Assembly (NCBI GenBank): GCA_913053845.1
Contig: CAJXGD010000005.1
Location: forward strand, 2,239 to 66,238
Direction of reading: 5' to 3'
DNA: 64,000 nt
DNA from: an uncultured bacterium
GTDB taxonomy: Bacteria > Bipolaricaulota > Bipolaricaulia > RBG-16-55-9 > DRJF01
The notes beneath the pieces are model-generated. The model was not told where the DNA came from. It searched no databases and saw only the letters and a list, made by a program, of their open reading frames with translations. The stretch's first letter is position 1. The number at the start of each line of letters is the position of its first letter. Made by a program: the position numbers and the translations under genes. Positions 63,608 through 64,000 of this stretch are shown in pieces.

Positions 63608-64000
63608 ATGGCGCTCTTTACCGGAGAGTTGCAGCGGGCGCTGGCCGCGCCGGGCTGTCCGCTCTGTCGGCTGGTGCGCCATCAGGAGGAGGCCTGGATC
63701 TGGCATACGCTCTATGAGTTCACCGGTGACCCGGGGGTGCGCAGTCGGCTAGATGCCAGCTATGGCCTCTGTCATGAGCACGCGCATCTGCTGCGCCGGG
63801 TGCTGACCGGCCACCGGCTGCTGGGCGGCAGCGGGGTAGCGCGCATCTACGAGACGGTGGTGCTCAGATATAGCGAGCAGTTGGCCGCACTCCAGGGGGC
63901 AGGGGGCAGACTGAAGCAGTGGCTGGGCTCTGAGCGCCAGCAGCTAGCCAAGCTGGAGCTCAAGGGTTGTCCGCTCTGCCTGTCCAGTCAGCAGGCAGAG
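63608..64000 (+). CDS. Cys-rich CPxC…LCxxH-module protein (paralog of 54964-55959), 3'-partial at the window end
   Basis: CPLCRLVRHQEE…(36 aa)…LCHEH. A second CPLC sits at the window edge. RBS GGGAGGA. Confidence 0.45.
   Translation, partial: MALFTGELQRALAAPGCPLCRLVRHQEEAWIWHTLYEFTGDPGVRSRLDASYGLCHEHAHLLRRVLTGHRLLGGSGVARIYETVVLRYSEQLAALQGAGGRLKQWLGSERQQLAKLELKGCPLCLSSQQAE

Noticed and set aside
1-64000. CRISPR arrays, rRNA genes, intact IS elements or prophage
   Set aside because: I scanned for regularly spaced short repeats, rRNA-like conserved blocks and transposase/phage hallmark proteins. The only repeats are the 57-bp junction duplication, the 36-bp pair, the tandem repeats inside a coding region and the dedA duplication.

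Overview
Window overview: a 64-kb chromosomal segment from a high-GC (about 60-65 %) bacterium with dense coding and many 1-4 nt start/stop overlaps. The organism appears diderm: there is an LptC/LptB pair, and several beta-barrel proteins end in a C-terminal Phe.

Housekeeping core, supported by direct reading of the proteins: pyrG, an FdhF-like molybdopterin formate dehydrogenase with Cys rather than Sec at the catalytic position, rpmF, dtd, an Asp23-family protein, ubiE/menG, an RNase H-like protein, tRNA-Met(CAT), rny, an MMPL/RND transporter, nusA, rluD, pgsA, tRNA-Pro(GGG), an MBL-fold hydrolase, class II B12-dependent ribonucleotide reductase (nrdJ), hup, gatB, an IscA-like protein, a deoxyhypusine-synthase-like enzyme and an aldehyde dehydrogenase.

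Regions that deserve follow-up:
1. 52.5-64 kb: one co-directional, translationally coupled operon. It encodes a bacterial dynamin-like GTPase, a small protein, a Cys-rich protein, and a six-subunit energy-converting-hydrogenase-related (Ehr-type) membrane complex (HyfC/E/F/B-like subunits, a NuoC-NuoD-fused large subunit, and a ferredoxin-NuoB fusion). The large subunit lacks both NiFe-binding cysteine motifs. A second Cys-rich paralog follows the complex.
2. 23-33.4 kb: two ancient tandem paralogous cassettes, each an outer-membrane beta-barrel protein plus a roughly 930-960 aa protein with an HExxH peptidase-like domain, a TolB-like PD40 propeller and a C-terminal barrel. One copy has a degenerate HExxH. 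The second cassette is co-operonic with a LolA-like protein and a LolD-like ABC ATPase that has no permease gene beside it.
3. 44.4-48.9 kb: murT-gatD (lipid II isoglutaminyl synthase) sits inside a response-regulator/histidine-kinase operon. It is flanked by a 57-bp direct duplication of the original RR-stop/HK-start junction, so translational coupling is preserved on both sides.
4. 42.3-43.2 kb and 48.9-51.2 kb: two low-GC islands. The first holds an orphan beta-class (SPPY) DNA methyltransferase. The second holds a DUF2127 protein, a secreted tandem-repeat protein, 36-bp direct repeats, a duplicated dedA 5' end and a 27-codon tyrosine-recombinase N-terminal remnant.

No rRNA genes, CRISPR arrays or intact insertion sequences were seen.
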